The notes under the pieces are model-generated. The model worked only from the letters and a program-made list of their open reading frames with translations. It made no database searches and had not been told where the DNA came from. Position numbers and translations under genes: made by a program. Positions 28,138-36,506 of a stretch of DNA of 39,008 nt are shown piece after piece. Where the stretch lies: sequence record SRR33789315_70. One strand, given 5' to 3'. Within the stretch, counting starts at the first letter, position 1. Each line of letters begins with the position of its first letter.

Positions 28138-29718
28138 ATGAAAAATGTAATACTGTTTTTTCTATTGATTTCAAGTTTTGGCGGAAGCCTAATGGCTCAA
28201 GTATGGCAAGCCGATCTTGAAAATGGAAACTATAAAAACCCGGTTCTTTTTGCTGATTATTCAGATCCTGATATCATTCGGGTAGAAGATGATTTTTATA
28301 TGGTGTCTTCTAGTTTTAATGTGATGCCGGGGATTCCCGTATTACATTCTAAGGATTTAGTGAATTGGGAAATCATCAATCATGTGTATGATAAACTTCC
28401 GCTAGAAAAATATGACAAACCCGTACACGGTCATGGGTCTTGGGCACCTTCTATCCGCTATCACGAGGGTAGGTTTTATGTGTATTTCTGTACGCCTAGA
28501 GATGGATTGTTTATGGCAACCACCACAGATCCTGCTGGAGATTGGGAATTAAATTTGGTGGAAAACGTAGAACTCTGGGAAGATCCTTGTCCGTTGTGGG
28601 ATGATGACGGCAATGCGTATTTGGTGCGCAGTAAATTAAGAGCAGATGAATTGTATTTGCATAAAATGAGCCCAGATGGTAAAAAATTGCTCGATAATGG
28701 CAAATTGATCTATAAAGATCTGGATAAAAATCCGGTTATTGAAGGGCCTAAATTTCTAAAGAAAGACGGGTATTATTATATTTTAGCTCCTGCTGGAGGT
28801 GTTTCGGTGGGATGGCAATCAGCCTTGCGCTCTAAAAATATTTACGGTCCTTATGAAGAAAAAGTAGTGCTTCAAAAGGGAAATACGGAGATTAATGGTC
28901 CGCATCAAGGAGGTTTGGTCGAATTGAAATCGGGAGAATGGTGGTTTATGCATTTTCAAGATCGGGGTGCGTATGGCAGGATTGTGCATTTGCAACCGGT
29001 GCATTGGGAAAACGGATGGCCTGAGATGGGTGTAGATCAAAATAGTGATGGAATAGGCGAGCCTGTTGCTGAATATAAAAAACCAGATGTAGGTAAAGAG
29101 TATCCAGTAATGGTGCCACAAACTACAGATGAATTTGATGGTGAGCAACTGGGACTGCAATGGCAATGGCACGCCAATCCGAAAGACGAATGGTATTCGC
29201 TTTCAGAAAAAGAAGGTTCTTTGAGATTGTTTTCGGTTAAAAACCATACCCAAAATGGGAACTTTTGGTTTGTACCCAACTTGCTGCTTCAAAAATTTAT
29301 GGCGCCTAAGTTTTCGGCAACCACAAAAGTAGAGACGCATTTAGAAGAATTGGGAGAACGAAGCGGACTTGTAATGATGGGGGAACAATGGGCCTATTTA
29401 GCGATAACAAAAACAGATTCTGGAAATGAATTGGGAATGTATGTTGGTTCGTATTACGAAGGTTTTGACAAGACTGAAAAGAAAGCTTCGGTTGATTTCT
29501 CAAACGCTATGTGTTATATGCGTGTAAGAGTGGATGAGCAGTTAGATTGTCAATTTCAATATAGTCTGGATGGTGAAAAATTCACGGATATAGGTGAAAA
29601 ATTTAAAGCAAAGAAAGGAAGATGGATAGGTGCGAAGGTAGGTTTGTTTAGCATTAATCCCAATATTCAGGAGAGCAAAGGATATTCAGATTTTGAGTGG
29701 TTTCGAGTTGGGTTATAA
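28138..29718 (+). CDS. GH43 beta-xylosidase / alpha-L-arabinofuranosidase with C-terminal beta-sandwich
   Basis: NPVLFADYSDPD (base), HSKDLVNW, WAPSIRY, EDP, IEGP (acid), PHQGGLV, DEF..QWQW C-domain. ATG at 28138 is followed by a signal peptide. Confidence 0.92.
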   Translation: MKNVILFFLLISSFGGSLMAQVWQADLENGNYKNPVLFADYSDPDIIRVEDDFYMVSSSFNVMPGIPVLHSKDLVNWEIINHVYDKLPLEKYDKPVHGHGSWAPSIRYHEGRFYVYFCTPRDGLFMATTTDPAGDWELNLVENVELWEDPCPLWDDDGNAYLVRSKLRADELYLHKMSPDGKKLLDNGKLIYKDLDKNPVIEGPKFLKKDGYYYILAPAGGVSVGWQSALRSKNIYGPYEEKVVLQKGNTEINGPHQGGLVELKSGEWWFMHFQDRGAYGRIVHLQPVHWENGWPEMGVDQNSDGIGEPVAEYKKPDVGKEYPVMVPQTTDEFDGEQLGLQWQWHANPKDEWYSLSEKEGSLRLFSVKNHTQNGNFWFVPNLLLQKFMAPKFSATTKVETHLEELGERSGLVMMGEQWAYLAITKTDSGNELGMYVGSYYEGFDKTEKKASVDFSNAMCYMRVRVDEQLDCQFQYSLDGEKFTDIGEKFKAKKGRWIGAKVGLFSINPNIQESKGYSDFEWFRVGL

Positions 29719-30036
29719 TAAAAGTTCTGAAAATAATATGCAAAACCACTTCTAAGTAATTTTTAATGTTAGTTTAGAGTATAAAAAATCTACAAAATAA
29801 GATCTATAGTATTATAATACTTGGATAGGGCTTCAGTATTTCCCATCTATATCTCCTATTGTTTATTCCATTAAAAAGCTGGATTAGATAATAAACTATA
29901 TTATTCAAAATATTTATATCTGTCAATTACCATTTGTAAGCGTTAAAAATGCTTGATAGCGCTATGTTTTACGGGCTATGCTTCAAAATTAGCAAGCGTT
30001 GCAACAAATGTTGCATCCGCTTAATTTTTGGTCAAA

Positions 30037-30044
30037 TATATTTG
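30037..30044 (+). promoter_or_regulatory. Bacteroidota -7 promoter element (TATATTTG) upstream of PUL-2 susC
   Basis: Exact TAnnTTTG match about 170 bp upstream of the ATG; part of the palindrome CAAATATATTTG. Confidence 0.55.
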
Positions 30045-30084
30045 TTCTCCAAATGAATTTTAAGATTCAAAATATTTTATATTG

Positions 30085-30098
30085 CGCAATCGATTTCG
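30085..30098. promoter_or_regulatory. Putative LacI-family operator
   Basis: CGCAATCGATTTCG; 12 of 14 positions dyad-symmetric, fits GnAAnCGnTTnC; directly follows a TATATTG promoter-like element. Confidence 0.6.
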
Positions 30099-30213
30099 TC
30101 TTTAACCCTAAACTAAAATGATATTTTTAGCATTAACTTATGTTTAAAGCTACTTCAAGCTGATGTAGTAAAATTTCACTTTCCTATTTTAAAAACCCGT
30201 TATTATAATAAAT

Positions 30214-33200
30214 ATGACAATGACAAATAATTTACTCAATGAATTGAGCTCAAAGATTCGTGGTGTGCGCCTCGCAATCATTATAGGGCTTATTTCTTTT
30301 ACCGCGTTCGCTCAAACAACGGTTACAGGAATCGTTTCTGATGATACTGGGCCACTCCCTGGAGCATCTATACTTTTAAAGGGAACTACTAATGGAGTTG
30401 TAACAGATTTTGATGGTAATTATTCTATAAATAATATTCCTGCTGACGGAGTTCTTCAATTTAGTTTTGTAGGATTTAAGACTAAAGAAATAGCAGTTAA
30501 TAATCAAACTCAAATTAACATTGTTTTAGAATTAGACGTTTCCTCTTTAGATGAGGTAGTAGTAGTTGGTTATGGAACGATGAAAAGAAGTGATTTGACT
30601 GGAGCTGTAGTTTCTGTTTCAAGTGAGTCTATTGAGGAATCTGTTCCGACAACGATTGATCAAGTATTACAAGGACGTAGTGCTGGGGTTCAAATTCAGC
30701 AAAACAGTGGTGCTCCTGGAGCTAGCTCATCTATCCGTATACGTGGTATTAGTTCGATTACGGGTTCTAATGAACCTATCTTCGTAATAGACGGTGTTAT
30801 TATAGATAGTAATACAGGGTCTGGAGGTCAAAATGCTTTTGCATCTATTAATCCTTCTGATATTGTGTCTATAGATATATTAAAAGATGCTTCTGCTACT
30901 GCAATTTATGGTACAAGGGCTGCAAATGGTGTTATTCAAATTACGACAAAACGTGGTAAAAATGGGCAATCTTCAATTGCATATAATTCGTATATAGGTT
31001 TTCAAGAGATACCCAATAAGCTGGATTTGCTTAATCTTCAAGAGTATGCAATTCATAGAAATACGCGTGCAGACTTAGGTATTGTACAACGTGATCCCAA
31101 CTTTATTCGTACAGACTTATTGGGAGAAGGTACTGATTGGCAAGATGAGATGTTTTCGCAAGCGATGATGCAAAGCCATAATTTATCTGTTTCTGGCGGG
31201 AATGAGAAAAGCACTTATGCAATGAGTGTAGGATATTTAGATCAAGAGGGTATTGCTTTAGGATCTGGATTTGATAGACTTAACTTAAGAGGGGTTTTTG
31301 ATTCTCAGGTAAAAGAGTATTTAAAGACTGGTATTAATTTTGCTTTTAATACCATACACACAGAAACTACTTTTTCTGATGCTGCCCTGATATTAACAGC
31401 TTTGAGACAAACTCCAAATGTATCTGTACGGAATGCTGATGGTAACTTTGATGGGCCAGATACAGATGAATTTGTTCAGAATAATCCCGTAGGACTAGCT
31501 AGTATACGTGATAACCGAGGAGAAAGTGCTGGAATTAGAGCAAATACATTTGCAGAGATTGATTTTTTTAAAGGACTTAAGCTTAGGTCAGAATACTCTG
31601 TTGATTATAATTTTTCAAATGCATACACTTTTAATCCTTCTTATTCTTTTGGGGCTATTGTAAGTGATATTAGAGAAGGGACTCGATCAAAAAATTATAG
31701 TAAATATTATAATTTTAGAAATGTTTTAAATTATGATAACACTTTTGGTAATCATACTGTTAATGCAATGCTGGGACAGGAATTTCAAAAATCTACCTAT
31801 GAAAGCCTGTACGGTTACCGTTCGGGATACTTAACAAATGGTGCCACAGATTTAAATGCAGGAGATGCAACTACCGCTAGGAATTCTAATTCGACTTACA
31901 TAAGTGCTTTAAGTTCTTATTTTGCCAGAGCTTTTTACTCATATGATGACAAGTACTTATTAACGGCTACCTTACGATATGACGGATCTTCAAAATTCAC
32001 TAAAGATAATCGTTGGGGTTGGTTTCCTTCTGCTGCTTTTGCTTGGAAAGTTTCAAATGAAGATTTTTTAAAAGACAGCGAATATATTAATAACTTGAAG
32101 TTACGCGTTGGATATGGTGGTGTAGGTAATCAAAGTATTCCTAATTATGCTTATACTTCCATTTATGCAGCATCACCAACACCTTTTGGATCAGGATTGC
32201 TAGCATCTAATACTGCAAATACAGATTTGAAATGGGAGACCACCACTTCAACCAATGTAGGTCTTGATCTTAATATGTTTAATAATCGTGTGGAGTTTAT
32301 TGCAGATGTTTATTATAAAAAGACAGATGATTTATTACTTCTAGCTCCCTTTCCAGACTATGCTGGAACTACTGGAATAGGGGCTACAACAGCACCTTAT
32401 ATTAACATAGGTTCTCTTGAAAATAAAGGTATTGAGCTTACCTTAAATACAGTTAATGTAAATACAGACAATTTTTCTTGGCGATCTAATTTTGTTTTTA
32501 CCTTAAATAGAAATAAAGTTTTAGGACTAGCTACAGAGACAGGTATATTGGATGAAACACTACAGCAGGGTTCAGATATTACCATTGTTACACGAACTGT
32601 AGTGGGAAAACCAATAGGTCAATTTTATGGATATAAAGTAATTGGTCGATTTGAAGAGGCTACAGATTTTTATTATAAAAACAGTGCGGGAGAAATAGTT
32701 CCAACTGCTTTGCCAGAAGGTATGACCATTAGTGAAAATGGGGTTTGGATTGGTGATTACATGTTTGAGGATATAAATAATGATGGTGTTATTAATGAAC
32801 AAGACCGTGATTTTATAGGCAATCCTTTACCAGATTTCAGTTTTGGTATTGGGAACTCTTTTTCCTATAAAGGATTTGATTTAAATATTCAACTTTCAGG
32901 ATTATATGGTAATGAGGTGGTTAATTATCAAAGAAGATTTTTAGAAAACCCTAGAGAAAGCACTAATTTATTAAGGACAGCTTTGGGTTATGCGCAATTA
33001 GGATTAATCAATCCTGATGGCCCTAACGATTATCGAAATATTCAAATTGTAGGTGGTGATGAACATATGCCTAGAATTGCCGCTTCTTCAGCAGCCTCCA
33101 CTTCTAATTTTAGATATAGTGATCGGTTTTTAGAAGATGGTTCTTACTTGAGAATTCAAAATATTTCTTTTGCCTATAACTTACCGAGAGACTTTATAGA

Positions 33201-33384
33201 GCGATTTGGTCTTCTTAATATGAAGATTTATACAAACTTGCAAAACGTATATACTTTTACCAAATACTCAGGATATGATCCAGAAGTAGGATCAATTAAT
33301 CAAAATGCCCTTTTAAGTGGTATAGATAATGGTCGTTATCCTTCACCTCGTATTTATACATTAGGTTTAAATGTCACTTTTTAA
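30214..33384 (+). CDS. susC: SusC/RagA TonB-dependent transporter (PUL-2, xylan type)
   Basis: 1056 aa; GVVTDFDGNY, DEVVVVGYG, ILKDASATAIYGTRAANGVIQITTKRG, LKWET, YPSPRIYTLGLNVTF. Confidence 0.96.
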   Translation: MTMTNNLLNELSSKIRGVRLAIIIGLISFTAFAQTTVTGIVSDDTGPLPGASILLKGTTNGVVTDFDGNYSINNIPADGVLQFSFVGFKTKEIAVNNQTQINIVLELDVSSLDEVVVVGYGTMKRSDLTGAVVSVSSESIEESVPTTIDQVLQGRSAGVQIQQNSGAPGASSSIRIRGISSITGSNEPIFVIDGVIIDSNTGSGGQNAFASINPSDIVSIDILKDASATAIYGTRAANGVIQITTKRGKNGQSSIAYNSYIGFQEIPNKLDLLNLQEYAIHRNTRADLGIVQRDPNFIRTDLLGEGTDWQDEMFSQAMMQSHNLSVSGGNEKSTYAMSVGYLDQEGIALGSGFDRLNLRGVFDSQVKEYLKTGINFAFNTIHTETTFSDAALILTALRQTPNVSVRNADGNFDGPDTDEFVQNNPVGLASIRDNRGESAGIRANTFAEIDFFKGLKLRSEYSVDYNFSNAYTFNPSYSFGAIVSDIREGTRSKNYSKYYNFRNVLNYDNTFGNHTVNAMLGQEFQKSTYESLYGYRSGYLTNGATDLNAGDATTARNSNSTYISALSSYFARAFYSYDDKYLLTATLRYDGSSKFTKDNRWGWFPSAAFAWKVSNEDFLKDSEYINNLKLRVGYGGVGNQSIPNYAYTSIYAASPTPFGSGLLASNTANTDLKWETTTSTNVGLDLNMFNNRVEFIADVYYKKTDDLLLLAPFPDYAGTTGIGATTAPYINIGSLENKGIELTLNTVNVNTDNFSWRSNFVFTLNRNKVLGLATETGILDETLQQGSDITIVTRTVVGKPIGQFYGYKVIGRFEEATDFYYKNSAGEIVPTALPEGMTISENGVWIGDYMFEDINNDGVINEQDRDFIGNPLPDFSFGIGNSFSYKGFDLNIQLSGLYGNEVVNYQRRFLENPRESTNLLRTALGYAQLGLINPDGPNDYRNIQIVGGDEHMPRIAASSAASTSNFRYSDRFLEDGSYLRIQNISFAYNLPRDFIERFGLLNMKIYTNLQNVYTFTKYSGYDPEVGSINQNALLSGIDNGRYPSPRIYTLGLNVTF

Positions 33385-33396
33385 AAAAAAAATAAT

Positions 33397-35028
33397 ATGA
33401 AGACAAATAAAATAATATTAATGCTTCTTTTAATATCCTTATCATTTGGCTATTATAGTTGTAGTGATGAGTTAGATGTTGAAGCTAGTGATCAGATTGC
33501 CAAAGAGAATTTCTTTCAATCTGAAGCAGATTTTCAAGCAGCCACAGCGCCACTATATAATAAGGTATGGTTTTCTTTTAATGATAAATTCTATTTTGGA
33601 TTAGGAGATGGCCGTTCGTACAATTTATATGCTCCTTTTTCTGATTATGTTTATCCTTTTAGCGATTTAGCTGAAACTGGACTTACAGGACCTTTAGTAG
33701 AAGCTTGGAGATCACTGTACATTGTAATTCAACAATCAAATAATACCATTGAAGCCATAGGCGAAAGTGCTGTAGATGAAGAACTAAAAAGTTCTTACAT
33801 CGCAGAAGCTCGTTTTATGAGAGGAACCGCTTATTGGTATTTAGCTTCTCTATGGGGAGATGCTATTATCATTACAAGTCAAGCTGACATAATAAGTAAT
33901 CCTATTGTAAACAAAAATCCAAGGAACGATGTTTATGAATTTGCTATGCGTGATCTAGAATATGCAGCAAAATACCTTCCTGAACAAGCTGGACAAGCTG
34001 GTCGTGTAACTAAATATAGTGCCTATGGTATGTTGTCTCGTTTTTACTTGTCTTATGCGGGTTTAAGTGACAATCCTAATAGTGGTACAAAAAATCAAGC
34101 AATGCTTGATTTGGCCAAAAAAGCTGCAGCTAAAGTTATAGAGGAAGGACCTTATATGTTATTGGAGGATTATGCAGATTTGTTTAAAGTAGAAAATAAC
34201 AATAATTCAGAATCCATGTTTGCTTTGCAGTGGGTGCCTAATGGTGATTATGGGGTTAACAATCCGCATCAAGCCTTTTTTGCTTTAGGTTCAGATATTA
34301 CGGGAGATGATGCTGCATGGGGTTATTATACCAGAGCCTCTTATGATATTCTACAAGAATATGAGGCTAATGATGAACGTCGTAAAGCAACATGGATGTC
34401 AGATGGAGATTTTTATCCTGAAATTAACAAAGCTAATGGTGGCTATACTGTTGATCATGAAAACACCTATGTAAATGTAAAAAAAGGGGTAGTAGGTTCT
34501 ACAAAAGACAACCCAGACATATCTAGACAAAATTCTGCTTTAAATACCTATATGTTACGATTAGGTGAAGTGTATTTAAATTACGCCGAAGCTACTCTAG
34601 GTAATAATGCCAGCACTACAGATGCGACTGCCTTAATGTATATTAATACACTTCGTGCAAGAGCAGGGCTTAGTGAAAAAACAAGTCTTACCTATGAGGA
34701 TATTTTTCATGAAAGAAGAGTTGAACTATGTATGGAAGGACAATTTTGGTATGATTTAGTAAGAAGAGCATATTACAAGCAACAAGAAGTTATTAATTAT
34801 ATAACTGCTCAAAATAGAGATAATATAGTTCCTTTCACCTATGATGGAGAAACAAATAGCGTATCCATTGATGATACTCGTGATGCAGAAAGTAGAGCTA
34901 TAGGAGCTGTTGATACAAGTATATTTCTTTTGCCTTATCCAGAGTCTGAATTAGTACAAAATCCGTTACTAAGAGAAGCAGCCGTACCTTATGAATTTAC
35001 CGAAGAAAGAATAACTGACTTATTTTAA
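33397..35028 (+). CDS. susD: SusD/RagB glycan-binding lipoprotein (PUL-2)
   Basis: 543 aa; lipoprotein Cys (YYSC), AEARFMRG, RLGEVYLNYAEA, ERRVELCMEGQFWYDLVR, LPYP..QNP. Confidence 0.94.
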   Translation: MKTNKIILMLLLISLSFGYYSCSDELDVEASDQIAKENFFQSEADFQAATAPLYNKVWFSFNDKFYFGLGDGRSYNLYAPFSDYVYPFSDLAETGLTGPLVEAWRSLYIVIQQSNNTIEAIGESAVDEELKSSYIAEARFMRGTAYWYLASLWGDAIIITSQADIISNPIVNKNPRNDVYEFAMRDLEYAAKYLPEQAGQAGRVTKYSAYGMLSRFYLSYAGLSDNPNSGTKNQAMLDLAKKAAAKVIEEGPYMLLEDYADLFKVENNNNSESMFALQWVPNGDYGVNNPHQAFFALGSDITGDDAAWGYYTRASYDILQEYEANDERRKATWMSDGDFYPEINKANGGYTVDHENTYVNVKKGVVGSTKDNPDISRQNSALNTYMLRLGEVYLNYAEATLGNNASTTDATALMYINTLRARAGLSEKTSLTYEDIFHERRVELCMEGQFWYDLVRRAYYKQQEVINYITAQNRDNIVPFTYDGETNSVSIDDTRDAESRAIGAVDTSIFLLPYPESELVQNPLLREAAVPYEFTEERITDLF

Positions 35029-35070
35029 TGAGAAGTCATCTATCAAATGATAATTAAAAAATTAATTAAT

Positions 35071-36456
35071 ATGAAGAAAAGTAAATTAAATAAAAATTAT
35101 TGGGCGTATGTCGTTTTCCTAGGAATGATGATGGTCTCCCTGCTGTCTGTTTCTTGTGATGAAGATGATGATAGTGTTAGTGGCGGTCCCATAACAATAA
35201 GCAAAGTGTTTCTGGAAGATGTAAATTCATCAGTTCCAGATAGAGAGATTGAATTTGCACGCTTAGGACAACTGTTACGCATCGAAGGATCTGGATTTAG
35301 TGGACTAAAAAGAATCTACATCAATGGTTATTCTACCTATTTTAATCCAGTATATGTGACAGATACATCGCTTCTCGTTCGTATTTCAGCAGAAACACCT
35401 ACAGTTGAAGCAGAAGAAGATGTTCGTAATACAATTCGATTGGCAAATGATAGTAATGAAATTATCCTTTCATTTGAAATTCGGTCATCAGCTCCTACTA
35501 TAACTAATATTTCAAATACATTACCCTTACCGGGAGAAACCATTACTATTTATGGTACGGGGTTAATTGAAGTTAGTAAAGTCGTTTTTCCAGGGAATAT
35601 AGAAGTGACAGAAGGAATCGTTTCAGAAGAAGAAGGAGAGTTTTTTACGGTAACAGTTCCAGAAGGAGTTTCTGATGAAGGAGGTTCTTTATTTATTGAG
35701 TGTTCAAATGGGGGAGCTTATTCTCCTGCATACTTTAATTTCACTAAAGGAGTTATTCTCGATTTTGATGAAAATGGCTCACAAGGGTATTGGGGAGCTG
35801 AGGATGCGAGTATGATTTATCCCAATGATTTAGAATCTGCCCCAATTGGAGAAGAGAACGTTTCACAAGCAACATATGTGCCTCACCGTCCTGCACGTAT
35901 AGTATCATTTGCGGCAGCTAAAAATCGTCTTACAGAAGTTTGGACTGCTGGTAATGATGTAGATGACTGGAGAGGTCAACTTACTCCTTATATACCCGCA
36001 ACTACTCCTTTGAGTGAAGTAGCTTTTCAGTTTGATATATATGTTCCAGAGGCTTGGGAAGGAACTGGTTTTCTTAAATTATGCTTGGTTAATGGGTTTA
36101 ACGGTGGTGAATGGAGTGGTGCTTCATATAACTATGTTCCTTGGGTAGTTGATGGTGAAACAGAGGCTTTTCAAACCACTGGCTGGACGACGGTAACTGT
36201 TCCATTTAATGAGTTCTATAGCTATTCTGATGGAGATTATACTTTTGAAGATGTTTTAACTTACCGTGAGGAGGCTGACTATAAAAACTTCGGAATCTAT
36301 TTTGAAAATTCAGATTTTACTTTAGCTAATATTACAGGAAATGATAGCGATAGCGGGATAGAATTTCTTTCTTCTCAAACTTCAATAAATGTTTATACAG
36401 ATAATTGGAGAATAGTGTCATTAGAAACACCTACATACAGCGATTTTCCTGAATAA
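35071..36456 (+). CDS. Surface glycan-binding lipoprotein (SGBP-B / SusE-positioned, IPT/TIG domains plus C-terminal binding domain)
   Basis: Lipobox LSVSC followed by an acidic stretch; two IPT-like repeats (GQLLRIEGSGF; PGETITIYGTGL); C-terminal FDIYVP..W, YVPW, GWTTVTVP. Second ATG (35071) preferred to 35047. Confidence 0.85.
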   Translation: MKKSKLNKNYWAYVVFLGMMMVSLLSVSCDEDDDSVSGGPITISKVFLEDVNSSVPDREIEFARLGQLLRIEGSGFSGLKRIYINGYSTYFNPVYVTDTSLLVRISAETPTVEAEEDVRNTIRLANDSNEIILSFEIRSSAPTITNISNTLPLPGETITIYGTGLIEVSKVVFPGNIEVTEGIVSEEEGEFFTVTVPEGVSDEGGSLFIECSNGGAYSPAYFNFTKGVILDFDENGSQGYWGAEDASMIYPNDLESAPIGEENVSQATYVPHRPARIVSFAAAKNRLTEVWTAGNDVDDWRGQLTPYIPATTPLSEVAFQFDIYVPEAWEGTGFLKLCLVNGFNGGEWSGASYNYVPWVVDGETEAFQTTGWTTVTVPFNEFYSYSDGDYTFEDVLTYREEADYKNFGIYFENSDFTLANITGNDSDSGIEFLSSQTSINVYTDNWRIVSLETPTYSDFPE

Positions 36457-36506
36457 GTAATGAATTTTCATTAGTATTTATTGAAAAAAATATCAAAAAA
36501 ACAGAA

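Noticed and set aside
29935-29948. Near-perfect CcpA cre site (TGTAAGCGTTAAAA)
   Set aside because: CcpA/HPr control is a Firmicutes system; kept only as a generic LacI-like operator candidate.
30118-30170. Tiny upstream ORFs and a weak hairpin in the PUL-2 leader as an attenuator or riboswitch
   Set aside because: The 7-9 codon ORFs have no informative codon bias; the stem is short and mismatched with no recognisable aptamer.
33383-33396. Poly-A tracts between susC and susD (also about 20832-20839) as phase-variation sites
   Set aside because: They are intergenic, so no frameshift results, and A-rich initiation regions are normal in Bacteroidota.
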